A stretch of 32,000 bases of DNA from the NCBI GenBank assembly GCA_026016245.1, contig CP061211.1:300001-332000 (forward strand), written 5' to 3'. Below are positions 1-9,348 of the stretch, piece by piece; position 1 is the stretch's first letter; every line of letters begins with the position of its first letter. The DNA is from Candidatus Pacearchaeota archaeon. Lineage in GTDB: Archaea; Nanobdellota; Nanobdellia; Pacearchaeales; UBA284. The notes beneath the pieces are model-generated. The model was given only the letters and a program-made list of their open reading frames with translations, did not search any database and was not told the origin of the DNA. The translations under genes and the position numbers were made by a program.

Positions 1-1035
1 AGGAGCAATCAAGATTAATTTCTTTATCCTTTTCTTTGTTTCTCCTAACCACCTAATCAAAAAACCTCCTCCCCCGCTATGTCCAATTAAAACACTATTT
101 TCATTAATATTCAAATTTTTAAATTCTTTCTTCCAATCATTATATTTTGGATTCCAGTTATTAGGCATTAATGGAGCTTCTGTTTTAATTCCTTTTTTTT
201 CAAGTTGTTTCTTAATCCAAGGAATCCAATGTCTTTCATTTTGCGGAGGTTCTCCTCTAGCTAACTTTTCTTTATCTTTTTTATTTACTCCATGAACAAC
301 CACGCAGTTAATATCCTTATCCTCAATCTCAAAATCAATATCAACACCATGACTCTTGCCTATCCAATATTTTTGCATTAACTTAATATCTTCTGGCCAA
401 TCCTTTAGTTTGTCAATTTTATCATAAAGCTCTGAAGCATATTTTGTAATTTTGAAAAACCACTGCTCTAATTGCTTTATCTCAACTTCTGTATCTTCAT
501 GACGCCAACATTTTCCATTAATAACTTGCTCGTTTGCCAGAACAGTTTTACATCTTGGACAGTAATTAACAGGAGCTTTCTTTCTGTAAGCTATTCCCTT
601 CTTAAACATCTGCAAGAAAATCCATTGATCCCACTTGTAATAACTAAGATCATGAGTCATAACTAAGCGAGACCAATCATAACTTATGCCAAGACCTTTC
701 TGTTGTTTGATAAAGTTGGAAATTGCTCTATCTGTATATTTTTTAGGATGAATTTTTTCTTTGATAGCTGCATTTTCTGCTGGTAATCCTAAAGAATCAT
801 AGCCCATTGGATAAAGAACATTATAGCCTTGCATTCTCATAAATCTAGCATAAATATCCCCAATAGTATAATTAAAAGCATGACCCATATGCAAGCCATA
901 AGCAGAAGGATATGGAAACATCTCTAATACATAGAATTTCTTCTTTCCCTTCTTCTCACTAACAACAAAGATTTTTTTCTTTTCCCACTCTTGCTGCCAC
1001 TTTTTTTCGATGGCTTGGAAGTTAAATCTTGCCAT
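1..1035 (-). CDS. leuS: Leucyl-tRNA synthetase, bacterial type, N-terminal part only (runs off the left edge). Residues ~244-345 form an in-frame YdeN/RBBP9-like serine-hydrolase domain.
   Basis: Absent from the ORF track because it is open at the window edge. Manual reverse translation from ATG (1035-1033) gives [17 protein letters not shown], then [57 protein letters not shown] and [11 protein letters not shown]. It continues CVVVHGVN...[15 protein letters not shown]...[10 protein letters not shown]...LILIAP. Checked codon by codon: no in-frame stop down to position 1. Confidence 0.8.
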   Translation of the reverse strand, partial: MARFNFQAIEKKWQQEWEKKKIFVVSEKKGKKKFYVLEMFPYPSAYGLHMGHAFNYTIGDIYARFMRMQGYNVLYPMGYDSLGLPAENAAIKEKIHPKKYTDRAISNFIKQQKGLGISYDWSRLVMTHDLSYYKWDQWIFLQMFKKGIAYRKKAPVNYCPRCKTVLANEQVINGKCWRHEDTEVEIKQLEQWFFKITKYASELYDKIDKLKDWPEDIKLMQKYWIGKSHGVDIDFEIEDKDINCVVVHGVNKKDKEKLARGEPPQNERHWIPWIKKQLEKKGIKTEAPLMPNNWNPKYNDWKKEFKNLNINENSVLIGHSGGGGFLIRWLGETKKRIKKLILIAP

Positions 1036-1092
1036 ATGGAACTAAAGAATAAGATATTTTTAAATCTTAAGAAAAATTAAGAATATTAAAAA

Positions 1093-2007
1093 TCAGGAAG
1101 TCACATATAAATTTGAATTTTTATCAATCAAGCTAGCTCCCATACCTTTTCCAAACCAATAAGAATTTTGTGATTGCATACTGAATAATAAGTCAAATAA
1201 ACCTATCTCTCTTTGGTATTCCTTTATATTTACCTTTATTTCTAATTGTTCTTCAATATAATTTATTGCCTCTTCTTTTGTTCCTAACTGATCAACTAAA
1301 CCAAGATCTTTAGCTTCCTTGCCTAGATAAAACATTCCGTCAGCTAATTCTCTAACTTGTTCTTCTGTCATTCCCCTATTTTGAGCAACTTCTTTTACAA
1401 AGTCTTCATAAATAATATCAAGTTTTTTCAGGATCATTTCCCTCTCTTCATCTGTAAGTTCTCTGAAAGGGCTCATGACATCTTTATGTTCTCCAGAAGT
1501 AAGTTTTTCATAAGTTACATTATATCTTTCAAGCATGCCAGAAATTTCTAAATATGAAGCTATGACTCCTATTGAGCCTGTGAAACTTAGAGGATGTGCT
1601 ATTATATGGTCACAAGCACTTGCAACCCAATATGCTCCTGAAGTTCCTTGTTCTCTTATTAATGCTATGGTCAATTTTTCTTGTCTTGCTTTTTTTATTG
1701 CTTCTGCTATTTCACTTGAAGCAACAGCTGAACCGCCAGGACTGTTGATTTCAAAAATTATTGCCTTGATTTTTGAATCTTTTGTTGCATCTTCAATATA
1801 GGAAACAATCTCATCTGAACTTGCTGCCCTCTGAAGCATAAAATTAAAGCCTCCTGTTGTTGTGATTGTACCTTCTACAGGAATTAAAGCAACATTTTTT
1901 CCAAAATCTCCTTTACCAGCAAAAAGAACAACTATTACAACAAGAGCAATAACAGCGATAATAATTCCTATAACAATATTTCTTCCTTTTCCTCTGCCTC
2001 TTTTCAT
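1093..2007 (-). CDS. sppA: Signal peptide peptidase SppA (S49 family, 36K type), N-terminal membrane anchor
   Basis: N-terminal TM helix, EINSPGGSAVAS (Ser nucleophile region) and GTSGAYWVASACDHIIAHPLSFTGSIGV, typical of the S49/ClpP fold. Confidence 0.85.
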   Translation of the reverse strand: MKRGRGKGRNIVIGIIIAVIALVVIVVLFAGKGDFGKNVALIPVEGTITTTGGFNFMLQRAASSDEIVSYIEDATKDSKIKAIIFEINSPGGSAVASSEIAEAIKKARQEKLTIALIREQGTSGAYWVASACDHIIAHPLSFTGSIGVIASYLEISGMLERYNVTYEKLTSGEHKDVMSPFRELTDEEREMILKKLDIIYEDFVKEVAQNRGMTEEQVRELADGMFYLGKEAKDLGLVDQLGTKEEAINYIEEQLEIKVNIKEYQREIGLFDLLFSMQSQNSYWFGKGMGASLIDKNSNLYVTS

Positions 2008-2108
2008 AACAGCTGAAAGAAAATTGTTTTTATAAATGTGATGATTATTTCTTTTAACAATAATGTTTATAATCTATTTTTGATTTGAAATTCTGGCTAA
2101 GGTGAAAA

Positions 2109-2492
2109 ATGGATATAAAAGAACAAGTAAAAACATATGTTGGTGGGCAAATAGAAATTCAGAATTCATTTGAGGAGTATATTTATAGAGGAGAAATTGA
2201 GAGAATTTCTATTGAAAAAGGAAGTTGTGGCGATGAACTTCATGTTGGATTGGCATGGTTAGCAAAAGGTAAGGGATTTCCTCCGCAAGGATGGGTTAAA
2301 GATGATAAACAAGATTATTATCGTGCAAGTCTATTAATATATTCTATCTTTCCTATAAGTGATGGAAGAATATGTTGTAATTCATCTATTAATCACGAAA
2401 CTGTTGTTTTATTTCCAAAAAATGGAAGTAAATTAGATCCTTCTAAAGTTGAAGGTTTAGAGGCAAAATTTGAAGAAACAGGAACTAAATGA
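2109..2492 (+). CDS. Hypothetical protein (127 aa)
   Basis: Intact ORF directly followed by the next + strand ORF; no recognisable motif. Confidence 0.5.
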   Translation: MDIKEQVKTYVGGQIEIQNSFEEYIYRGEIERISIEKGSCGDELHVGLAWLAKGKGFPPQGWVKDDKQDYYRASLLIYSIFPISDGRICCNSSINHETVVLFPKNGSKLDPSKVEGLEAKFEETGTK

Positions 2493-2493
2493 A

Positions 2494-3057
2494 ATGGGAA
2501 AGACCAGATATATTTCTAAAAATAAGTTAAAAGAAATTCTTGAAGAGCTTTCGCAAATTCCTATGGCTAATCCTCTTATTGAACTTTTTGCACGTGAAAT
2601 AGATCTACAAACCATAATGTACAAAGAGGGAAGTTGTTATTATACAAATAATCCTAATTATAAAGATCATGAAATCTTTGGTAAAGTAAAAGAAAAGAAT
2701 TTAGATATTGAAGTCGCACTAGCCCTTCGTCAACAAAATAACAAATTAAATTTGGATTTTTATTCTGGAGATATTAAAGAAGTGATGTCTACAGGTGATT
2801 CAGATTCAGCTTTCTGTAATTATTTTTGTTATATTTCAGCTGGTTCTAAAGATACAGGAGTTTGGGCATATGGAAAAGGAGATCAAAAAACTCTTGGAAT
2901 CTCAGTTCATTTTTATAGTGATATTAATTTACCTACAAAAAAAGGACGATGGTTTTTTAACCTGATGAAATGGTTTTCTCTAATAGCTACTGAATTTCAT
3001 CTTGATATTCATGAACAACCTATTTTTTGGGGTGGAGATAAAGAAAATCCCCCTTAA
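2494..3057 (+). CDS. Hypothetical protein (~187 aa)
   Basis: ORF-track start is 2470. ATG at 2494 sits 1 nt after the upstream stop (2490-2492), suggesting coupled expression. No recognisable motif. Confidence 0.5.
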   Translation: MGKTRYISKNKLKEILEELSQIPMANPLIELFAREIDLQTIMYKEGSCYYTNNPNYKDHEIFGKVKEKNLDIEVALALRQQNNKLNLDFYSGDIKEVMSTGDSDSAFCNYFCYISAGSKDTGVWAYGKGDQKTLGISVHFYSDINLPTKKGRWFFNLMKWFSLIATEFHLDIHEQPIFWGGDKENPP

Positions 3058-3133
3058 TTTCTAATTTTTTTATTTATCGAAACATTTAAATAGTATACAT
3101 TTGTGTGTATACACAGGAAATATATATAACAAA

Positions 3134-3514
3134 ATGAAAATGCCAGATTTTTTTGATGAAATAGTATCTTGTAGTAATTGCGGAAAAAAGATGACTAAAA
3201 GCAAGATTAGTAAAAATGGATTTTTTATTAGAGTTCTTGAATGTAAAAAGTGTAATAAGAAAATCTATCATCCTGCTGATGTTGAAGAATATAAAAGATT
3301 TTCTAGATTAAAACAAAGACCTTTTTCTGTAAAGTTGAGAATGGTTGGTAACAGCTATACTGTAAGCATTCCTAGAGAGATAATTAATTTTCAAAAAGAG
3401 ATGCATAAGGAAATGGAAAAGCATATGGATGAGATGAATAAATTTGTTCGTTTGTGTATGGATGGTCCTAGAAAAATTTCTTTAATGTTTGATGAAGAAG
3501 AGGAGGAAGAATAA
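3134..3514 (+). CDS. Small C4 zinc-ribbon plus SpoVT/AbrB-like (swapped-hairpin) DNA-binding protein with an acidic tail
   Basis: CSNCGKK...CKKCNKK zinc ribbon; VKLRMVGNSYTVSIPREI resembles the AbrB/MazE/SpoVT motif; C-terminal EEEEEE. Start chosen at MKMPDFF (the track ORF starts at 3101). Confidence 0.55.
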   Translation: MKMPDFFDEIVSCSNCGKKMTKSKISKNGFFIRVLECKKCNKKIYHPADVEEYKRFSRLKQRPFSVKLRMVGNSYTVSIPREIINFQKEMHKEMEKHMDEMNKFVRLCMDGPRKISLMFDEEEEEE

Positions 3515-3515
3515 A

Positions 3516-5825
3516 ATGATAACAAAAGCTAATGATAAGTTTGTGAAGTTGAAGGTAATGGAAGCATTGCAAGAAGATGCTTATAAAGGAATTGCTCGGA
3601 TAGACACTGTAACTATGAAAGCTCTTAGTGTAAGGCCAGGAGATGTTATTTTAATTTCTGGCTCAAGAGAGAGTATTGCTATAGTTGATAGAGCTTATCC
3701 TTCAGATGTTGGTGAAAAAATAATTAGGGTTGATGGTATAATTAGAAGGAATGCTAAAACTGGTATTGGAGAGATAGTTACTGTCACAAAAGCTGATGTA
3801 AAAGAGGCTAAAAAAGTTACTATAGCACCAGCACAAAAAGGTATAATGATTAGAGCTGGACCAGGGGCAGTAGAAAATTTCAAAAGAGGATTGTTAGGAA
3901 GAGCTGTTATGACTGGTGATTTAGTTGTTATAGGCGGGGCCAAGAGAAGACAAGAACTTATGGCTTCTAGTTTTGAAGATTTATTTGATATTTTTGGAGA
4001 AGCTTTTGGTGGCATGGGTAGTTTTGGTTTCCCTGGCTTTGAATCAAAATTTGTTGTAGCTAACACTAATCCAAAGCAGCCAGTTATTATAACTGAAACA
4101 ACGGAACTTATTCTAAATCCTAAAGCTGTTGAAATTATTGAAGAGAGAGTTCCTGAAGTTACTTATGAGGATATAGGTGGTTTAAAAGGAGAGGTTGAAA
4201 AGGTTAGAGAAATGGTTGAGTTGCCTTTGAAACATCCAGAAATTTTCTCAAGGTTAGGAATTGAGCCACCTAAAGGTGTTCTTTTGTTTGGACCTCCTGG
4301 ATGTGGTAAAACTTTGTTAGCTAAGGCTGTTGCAACTGAAAGTGAGGCTAATTTTATCTTATTAAACGGACCAGAAATCATGAGCAAGTTTTATGGAGAG
4401 AGTGAGAAAAGAATTAGAGATTTGTTTGATCAAGCTGAGAAAAATGCCCCAAGTATTATTTTTATAGATGAAATTGATGCTATTGCTCCAAAAAGAGAAG
4501 ATTCTTTTGGTGAAGTTGAGAGAAGAGTTGTTTCTCAATTATTAACTTGTATGGATGGTTTGAAGACTAGAGGTAGAGTAGTTGTTATTGGCGCAACTAA
4601 CATACCAAATTCACTTGATCCTGCTTTACGTAGACCAGGAAGGTTTGACAGAGAAGTTGGTATTGGTGTTCCTGACAAAAAAGGGAGGTTAGAGATATTA
4701 AAAATTCATACTAGAAATATGCCCCTCACTAAGGATGTTGATTTAAAAGACTTGGCTAGAATAACTCATGGTTTTGTTGGAGCAGATTTATCTGCTTTGA
4801 GTAAGGAAGCTGCTATGACTGTTTTAAGAAGATTGCTTCCTAGAATAAAACTTAAGGAAGATGAGCCAATCCCACGAGATCTACTTGATAAATTAAAAGT
4901 TACAAAAAAAGATTTTAGGGAAGCATTAAAATTTGTTCAGCCATCTGCTATGAGAGAAGTTTTAGTTGAAAGTCCTAATATTAAATGGGAAGATATTGGT
5001 GGCATGGAAAATGTTAAACAAGAATTAAAAGAAGCAGTAGAATGGCCACTAAAATATCCTGATTCATTCAAAAAGATAGGAATAAATCCTCCTCAAGGAA
5101 TCCTCCTTTATGGGCCCCCAGGAACTGGTAAAACTTTGTTAGCTAAAGCTGTTGCAACTGAAAGTGAGGCAAATTTTATACAGGTGAAGGGCCCTTCACT
5201 CCTTAGTATGTGGGTGGGTAAGTCTGAGGAGGGAGTCAGAAAGATTTTCGAGAGAGCTAAGCAGGTAGCTCCTTGTATAATTTTCTTTGATGAAATTGAT
5301 TCACTAGCAGGCAGAAGAGGGGTAGAGATGGGAACAAGAGTAACTGAAAGGGTTTTAAATCAACTTCTGGCTGAAATGGATGGAATTGAGAATTTGCATG
5401 ATGTTGTTGTTATAGGAGCAACTAACAGGCCAGATATGTTAGATCCTGCATTGCTAAGGCCAGGAAGATTTGACAGGCTTATCTATACAAATGCTCCAAA
5501 TGCTGAAGAAAGATTAGAAATTTTCAAAGTTCATACAAAAAACATGCCTATAGCTAAAGATGTCAATATTAAGTTATTGGCACAGAAAACCAATAGCCAT
5601 AGTGGAGCTGATATTGAAGCAGTATGTAGAGAGGCTGGAATGCTGGCATTAAGAGAAAATATTAATGCTAAAGAAGTAAAGAAAAAACATTTTGAGCAAG
5701 CAATGAAAAAATTCAGTGGAAGTGTAACAGAAGATACAGTTAAAAGATATAAAGAGATAGAAAGAACTTATCTCAGAAATGCTGGCTCAAATCTTGAAAA
5801 TCCTATCCAGAGATATACTGGTTAA
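3516..5825 (+). CDS. cdc48: Cdc48/VAT-like AAA+ ATPase (N-domain plus D1 and D2 AAA modules)
   Basis: Two Walker A motifs ([30 protein letters not shown]), two Walker B motifs ([16 protein letters not shown]) and two SRH regions ([40 protein letters not shown]). ATG at 3516 is preceded by AGGAGG (3501-3506) and lies 1 nt after the upstream stop. Confidence 0.93.
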   Translation: MITKANDKFVKLKVMEALQEDAYKGIARIDTVTMKALSVRPGDVILISGSRESIAIVDRAYPSDVGEKIIRVDGIIRRNAKTGIGEIVTVTKADVKEAKKVTIAPAQKGIMIRAGPGAVENFKRGLLGRAVMTGDLVVIGGAKRRQELMASSFEDLFDIFGEAFGGMGSFGFPGFESKFVVANTNPKQPVIITETTELILNPKAVEIIEERVPEVTYEDIGGLKGEVEKVREMVELPLKHPEIFSRLGIEPPKGVLLFGPPGCGKTLLAKAVATESEANFILLNGPEIMSKFYGESEKRIRDLFDQAEKNAPSIIFIDEIDAIAPKREDSFGEVERRVVSQLLTCMDGLKTRGRVVVIGATNIPNSLDPALRRPGRFDREVGIGVPDKKGRLEILKIHTRNMPLTKDVDLKDLARITHGFVGADLSALSKEAAMTVLRRLLPRIKLKEDEPIPRDLLDKLKVTKKDFREALKFVQPSAMREVLVESPNIKWEDIGGMENVKQELKEAVEWPLKYPDSFKKIGINPPQGILLYGPPGTGKTLLAKAVATESEANFIQVKGPSLLSMWVGKSEEGVRKIFERAKQVAPCIIFFDEIDSLAGRRGVEMGTRVTERVLNQLLAEMDGIENLHDVVVIGATNRPDMLDPALLRPGRFDRLIYTNAPNAEERLEIFKVHTKNMPIAKDVNIKLLAQKTNSHSGADIEAVCREAGMLALRENINAKEVKKKHFEQAMKKFSGSVTEDTVKRYKEIERTYLRNAGSNLENPIQRYTG

Positions 5826-5828
5826 AAT

Positions 5829-6020
5829 TTAAAGATTTTGGTATTTTCTTATTTGATCTTTGGGAATATATAGATTATTAAAATCTTTTTTAATATCCTC
5901 AATTTTTATTTCAGTATTTTCATCTTTCCTTTTTATATCTTTCTCATAAAAAATACTATAAAACTTGAAAAGTATTTTTTCTACCCATTTTGTAATTTTA
6001 TATGAAATTTTTTCTTCCAT
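5829..6020 (-). CDS. Small hypothetical protein (63 aa), doubtful
   Basis: Fills the gap between cdc48 and map and abuts the map stop; lysine-rich low complexity. Confidence 0.3.
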   Translation of the reverse strand: MEEKISYKITKWVEKILFKFYSIFYEKDIKRKDENTEIKIEDIKKDFNNLYIPKDQIRKYQNL

Positions 6021-6021
6021 T

Positions 6022-6918
6022 TCATTCCCCTTTTGTCAAAACTTCACAACCATCAGCTGTCACAAGAACAGTATGCTCAGCTTGACTTACTGGTGATTTT
6101 GTCTTCTCAATAAGTTGTTTAAAATGGTGTAAGGCATTAGCTTGTTCTAAGAGTCTTAGAGAAAATAATGCACGAGTTCCAAACTTCTTTACTAGCCATC
6201 TTGATGAGAAAGGCAGTTCTTTATATTCTTTCTCTATAAATTCAAGAATTTTCCTAGCATTTATATCTCTTGTTGGTTCATAACTTGTAAATTTATAAAT
6301 TCCACTCTGTCTTCCATCTTGAACAATACCTTCTCCTGTTGTTGCAAAAGGTTCTATTGCAAGAATCATTCCTTCTTTTAATTTTGTTGTATTCCCATTA
6401 TCATAGTTTGGAACAGTAAGGCCAGAATGAAGTTTCCAAGGTTTAAGTTCATGACCACTTAAGTTTCTGACAGAAGCAAAATTATAAGTTGCTATTGTAT
6501 CCTGGATTATTTTACCAACTTCCATTAACATTATCCCTGGTCTGATTATCTTGATTGCTTCTTTAAGAGCATATTCTGATGCAAGAATAAGATCTTTGTA
6601 TTTTTGTTCAGGTGTCAGATCAAGACTACAAGCTAAATCAGAAATATAACCATTAATATTAATTCCTAAATCCACCTTGAGCAGACCAGAAGCTTTAGTC
6701 CCATCATTATGTAAGGGACTTGAATGAGCTGCTATTTCATTAATACTTAAATTAATTGGAAAAGCACTTGTTGCTCCTAAACTTTTGATTTTTTTCTCTA
6801 TTTGTTCAGCTATTTCTAGCAAAGGCATTTCTGGCTTGATAATTTTCTTAGCATAAGCCATAACTTCTGCGCCAAGTTTACCTGCTTTCTTCCACTTCTC
6901 TATCTCTTTTTCTTCCAT
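6022..6918 (-). CDS. map: Methionine aminopeptidase, type 2 (archaeal type)
   Basis: About 298 aa with the pita-bread fold metal-ligand context (AFPINLSINEIAAHSSP, VDLGININGYISDLA, SGHELKPWKLHSG, ILAIEPFATTGEG, AQAEHTVLVT). Confidence 0.9.
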   Translation of the reverse strand: MEEKEIEKWKKAGKLGAEVMAYAKKIIKPEMPLLEIAEQIEKKIKSLGATSAFPINLSINEIAAHSSPLHNDGTKASGLLKVDLGININGYISDLACSLDLTPEQKYKDLILASEYALKEAIKIIRPGIMLMEVGKIIQDTIATYNFASVRNLSGHELKPWKLHSGLTVPNYDNGNTTKLKEGMILAIEPFATTGEGIVQDGRQSGIYKFTSYEPTRDINARKILEFIEKEYKELPFSSRWLVKKFGTRALFSLRLLEQANALHHFKQLIEKTKSPVSQAEHTVLVTADGCEVLTKGE

Positions 6919-6983
6919 AAATACTAAAGAAAAATTAGATTTATAAAATTATAGAATTATTTTTTCTTCTGAACATAGTCTTT

Positions 6984-7388
6984 CTATCTTGGCCAATTTT
7001 TAGATCTAATAAATCCTGCTCTAGGAAAAAAATTGCCCCAAGGGTCGTAATAACCGTCTTCTGTGAAATAAAAAGGACATCCATCTTGTATTTTTATCTT
7101 GGCTTTCTTAAATCTTCCATCTTTCTGACCAATCAACGCAAAATATTGTTTATTTTTTCCATCGTACGCAACTATATCTTCTACACCATCCCCTGTTGCG
7201 TCAAAATAATTTATAGAAGATTGTGATTCTTGTATTTTGTTCATAACATATCCCCCGCCTTTGTAAAGTGTTGCTAAAGTTAGTGCTATAATCATAGGCC
7301 ATTTTAAAGGTTTTATCACTTCTTCGACAAATGAACTACCTACAACCTTTTCCCAAAGATTTTTTTTCTTTAAGTTTATCTTCATCAT
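6984..7388 (-). CDS. Membrane-anchored hypothetical protein with one FG-GAP/VCBS-like Ca-binding motif
   Basis: N-terminal hydrophobic helix; DATGDGVEDIVAYDG motif. Confidence 0.45.
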   Translation of the reverse strand: MMKINLKKKNLWEKVVGSSFVEEVIKPLKWPMIIALTLATLYKGGGYVMNKIQESQSSINYFDATGDGVEDIVAYDGKNKQYFALIGQKDGRFKKAKIKIQDGCPFYFTEDGYYDPWGNFFPRAGFIRSKNWPR

Positions 7389-7648
7389 TTTTTAACCTCC
7401 TGAATTTTATTTCCATTAGTATTATATAATTTATCTGCTATACAACCAAGCAAAAAGCAGGCTCCGGCAGCAACAGTCTGTCCAGCATCTCCCCTAGCGA
7501 AATGATAACCTGAGAAAAATAAACCACCATATTTATATAATGGGATAAGTTTTGGTGCGAATTCTTCAAAAACTCTACCAGGAACTTTTGCTAAATCTTC
7601 TAAATCTTTTTTCATTTTTTCTTTTAGATTTATTTTATTTTCTTTCAT
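7385..7648 (-). CDS. Small hypothetical membrane protein
   Basis: Start moved to ATG 7648-7646 (MKENKINL), 1 nt after the upstream stop. The longer track ORF (to 7735) would overlap the previous gene. Confidence 0.45.
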   Translation of the reverse strand: MKENKINLKEKMKKDLEDLAKVPGRVFEEFAPKLIPLYKYGGLFFSGYHFARGDAGQTVAAGACFLLGCIADKLYNTNGNKIQEVKK

Positions 7649-7649
7649 T

Positions 7650-8258
7650 TTATTTTTTCTCTCCAACAAGACGCGCACCGTCTTCGAGGTCGTAGAAGTC
7701 ACTAGCACCAGCTCCGTGGCTGCCGTAGAGCCCACAGAGGTGCAAGGCGCGCATGTCTGGAACTTCCTGGGTATTTCTTAAATAAAAACCCATAGCTTCT
7801 TTTTCACCATATCTATTTTTAACTTCCTTGAAAACATGCTCAACAATTTTCTCAAGCAATTCTTTATTTCCATTTAAAGCATTTAACCATCCTAAATGTT
7901 TTAAAGCTTCTTTTTCAGTTAATCTTTCACCAAGAATCATATCTTTTCTTTTAAACTCGCTTGCTTTTGCATTTTCATACTCTTCTTGAGTTTTCTTTAT
8001 TCCACCGTTATAAAGCTCGGTTTCTTGAGTTACATTTGCTAAATCTTGTGAATACGGAATAATCTTGAATTTGTCTTGATTGTTTCCTGTATAGAAAATT
8101 CCTGTTGCAGTGTCATAATAACTATCAAAAGAAAGTTGATTCTCTAGTCTTAGCTTTTGTATTTCCTCTGCTGTTGCAGGCTTAAAGCCTTTTTTTCTTA
8201 ATGAAGGCATTATTTCATTGTATGTTCCTTCAAAGATTTTGATTAGTTTTTTTTCCAT
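7650..8258 (-). CDS. Hypothetical protein (202 aa)
   Basis: Intact ORF in a co-directional gene string. The C-terminal ~35 codons are unusually GC-rich (see findings). Confidence 0.55.
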   Translation of the reverse strand: MEKKLIKIFEGTYNEIMPSLRKKGFKPATAEEIQKLRLENQLSFDSYYDTATGIFYTGNNQDKFKIIPYSQDLANVTQETELYNGGIKKTQEEYENAKASEFKRKDMILGERLTEKEALKHLGWLNALNGNKELLEKIVEHVFKEVKNRYGEKEAMGFYLRNTQEVPDMRALHLCGLYGSHGAGASDFYDLEDGARLVGEKK

Positions 8259-8267
8259 TTTTCCTCC

Positions 8268-9299
8268 TTAAGCAGTCCAAACAGTATTTCTACCCATTTC
8301 TTTGGCTTTGTAAAGAGCTGCATCGACTCTCTTGACAAATTGTTCTCTTTTTTCTCTCCTCTTTCTCTGACCAACGCCAAATGAAGCTGTGATTGTTCTT
8401 TTTGCTTTGTCTGGATAGAATGATTCAATTTCCTTTCTAATGGATTCAGCTAATTTTACAGCATCTTCAAAACTTGAGCTGACAAGTATGGCAAACTCTT
8501 CTCCACCATAACGGCATGCTTTTGCTTTCTTTGCCTTCTTCTGTAGAGTTTTTCCTAAATTAGCTAGAAGCTTATCTCCTTCAACATGTCCATAGGTATC
8601 ATTATAACTCTTGAAAAAGTCAAGGTCTAGGATTATCAAATTTACACGTTTTCTTTTTTCGATTTCTTTTTCCAGCATTGTTATGAAGTATCTTTTGTTG
8701 TATAGGCTTGTAAGTTCATCAACTATGGCTCTCTTAGCTTCTTTTCCATAAAGTTTGCTGTAAAGTTTAACTATCTTTTTTTCTTTTTCATCTACTGTCT
8801 GTTTTAATCTTGCATGTTGTATTGCTGAAGCTGTCTGAACAGCAATGGCATTTAAGATTTTTAAAGTTATGACATGGAAATTTCTATATTGGGCCATTAT
8901 GATCATTGTTCCTATCGGCCCGCTATAAGACATAAGAGGAGCAGAAATCAAGCTTCTTATTCTAAAATTTCTAAGTTTTGTATTAGGACGGGTTTGTTTT
9001 AAAAAAATAGGAGAAGCATTTTTGATAGTGTCTTCAGAAATAACTTTTAAAAGTTCCTCAAATTCAGGATGTAAGTTATCTTTTAATGAGCCTTTAATCT
9101 CAATTTGTCCTTTATTTTCAAGAGCTATGAAAACAAGAGAAACACGGAGCTCTTTATTAATAATTCTTAATACTTTTGTGACAAGTACATCTAAATTATC
9201 TGTAGAATGCACAGCTTTATTTATTGTTTTTAAAACTCTTAGCTCTTTAGTTGTATGAACCAGTTTTCTAACTACTTCTTCGTTTGCCATAAAAATCAT
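8268..9299 (-). CDS. GAF-like sensor plus GGDEF diguanylate cyclase
   Basis: C-terminal DELTSLYNKRYF...DLDFFKSYNDTYGHVEGD...RYGGEEFAIL...ASFGV...ALYKAKEMGRN is a canonical GGDEF domain with an intact GGEEF active site. Confidence 0.85.
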   Translation of the reverse strand: MIFMANEEVVRKLVHTTKELRVLKTINKAVHSTDNLDVLVTKVLRIINKELRVSLVFIALENKGQIEIKGSLKDNLHPEFEELLKVISEDTIKNASPIFLKQTRPNTKLRNFRIRSLISAPLMSYSGPIGTMIIMAQYRNFHVITLKILNAIAVQTASAIQHARLKQTVDEKEKKIVKLYSKLYGKEAKRAIVDELTSLYNKRYFITMLEKEIEKRKRVNLIILDLDFFKSYNDTYGHVEGDKLLANLGKTLQKKAKKAKACRYGGEEFAILVSSSFEDAVKLAESIRKEIESFYPDKAKRTITASFGVGQRKRREKREQFVKRVDAALYKAKEMGRNTVWTA

Positions 9300-9348
9300 A
9301 AGAAAAAAGAGTTTTTAAATCTTACTATTTGTCACTATTGTATAGTTA

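Noticed and set aside
472-666. Short ORFs antisense to well-supported genes (472-666, 1357-1551, 1535-1801, 3695-4066, 4163-4387, 9022-9258, 10076-10264, 10578-10841, 11393-11749, 15477-15707, 18706-18969, 20651-20841, 22332-22520, 25735-25917, 26998-27249, 31444-31764)
   Set aside because: Each lies entirely within a longer ORF on the opposite strand that has clear family motifs or better context. Their sequences are low-complexity, as expected by chance in AT-rich DNA.
3086-3271. ORF 3086-3271 (minus strand) and the 3101 start of the Zn-ribbon gene
   Set aside because: The minus-strand ORF is antisense to the better-supported Zn-ribbon/AbrB-like gene. The N-terminal extension MCVYTGNIYNK lies over the probable promoter region.
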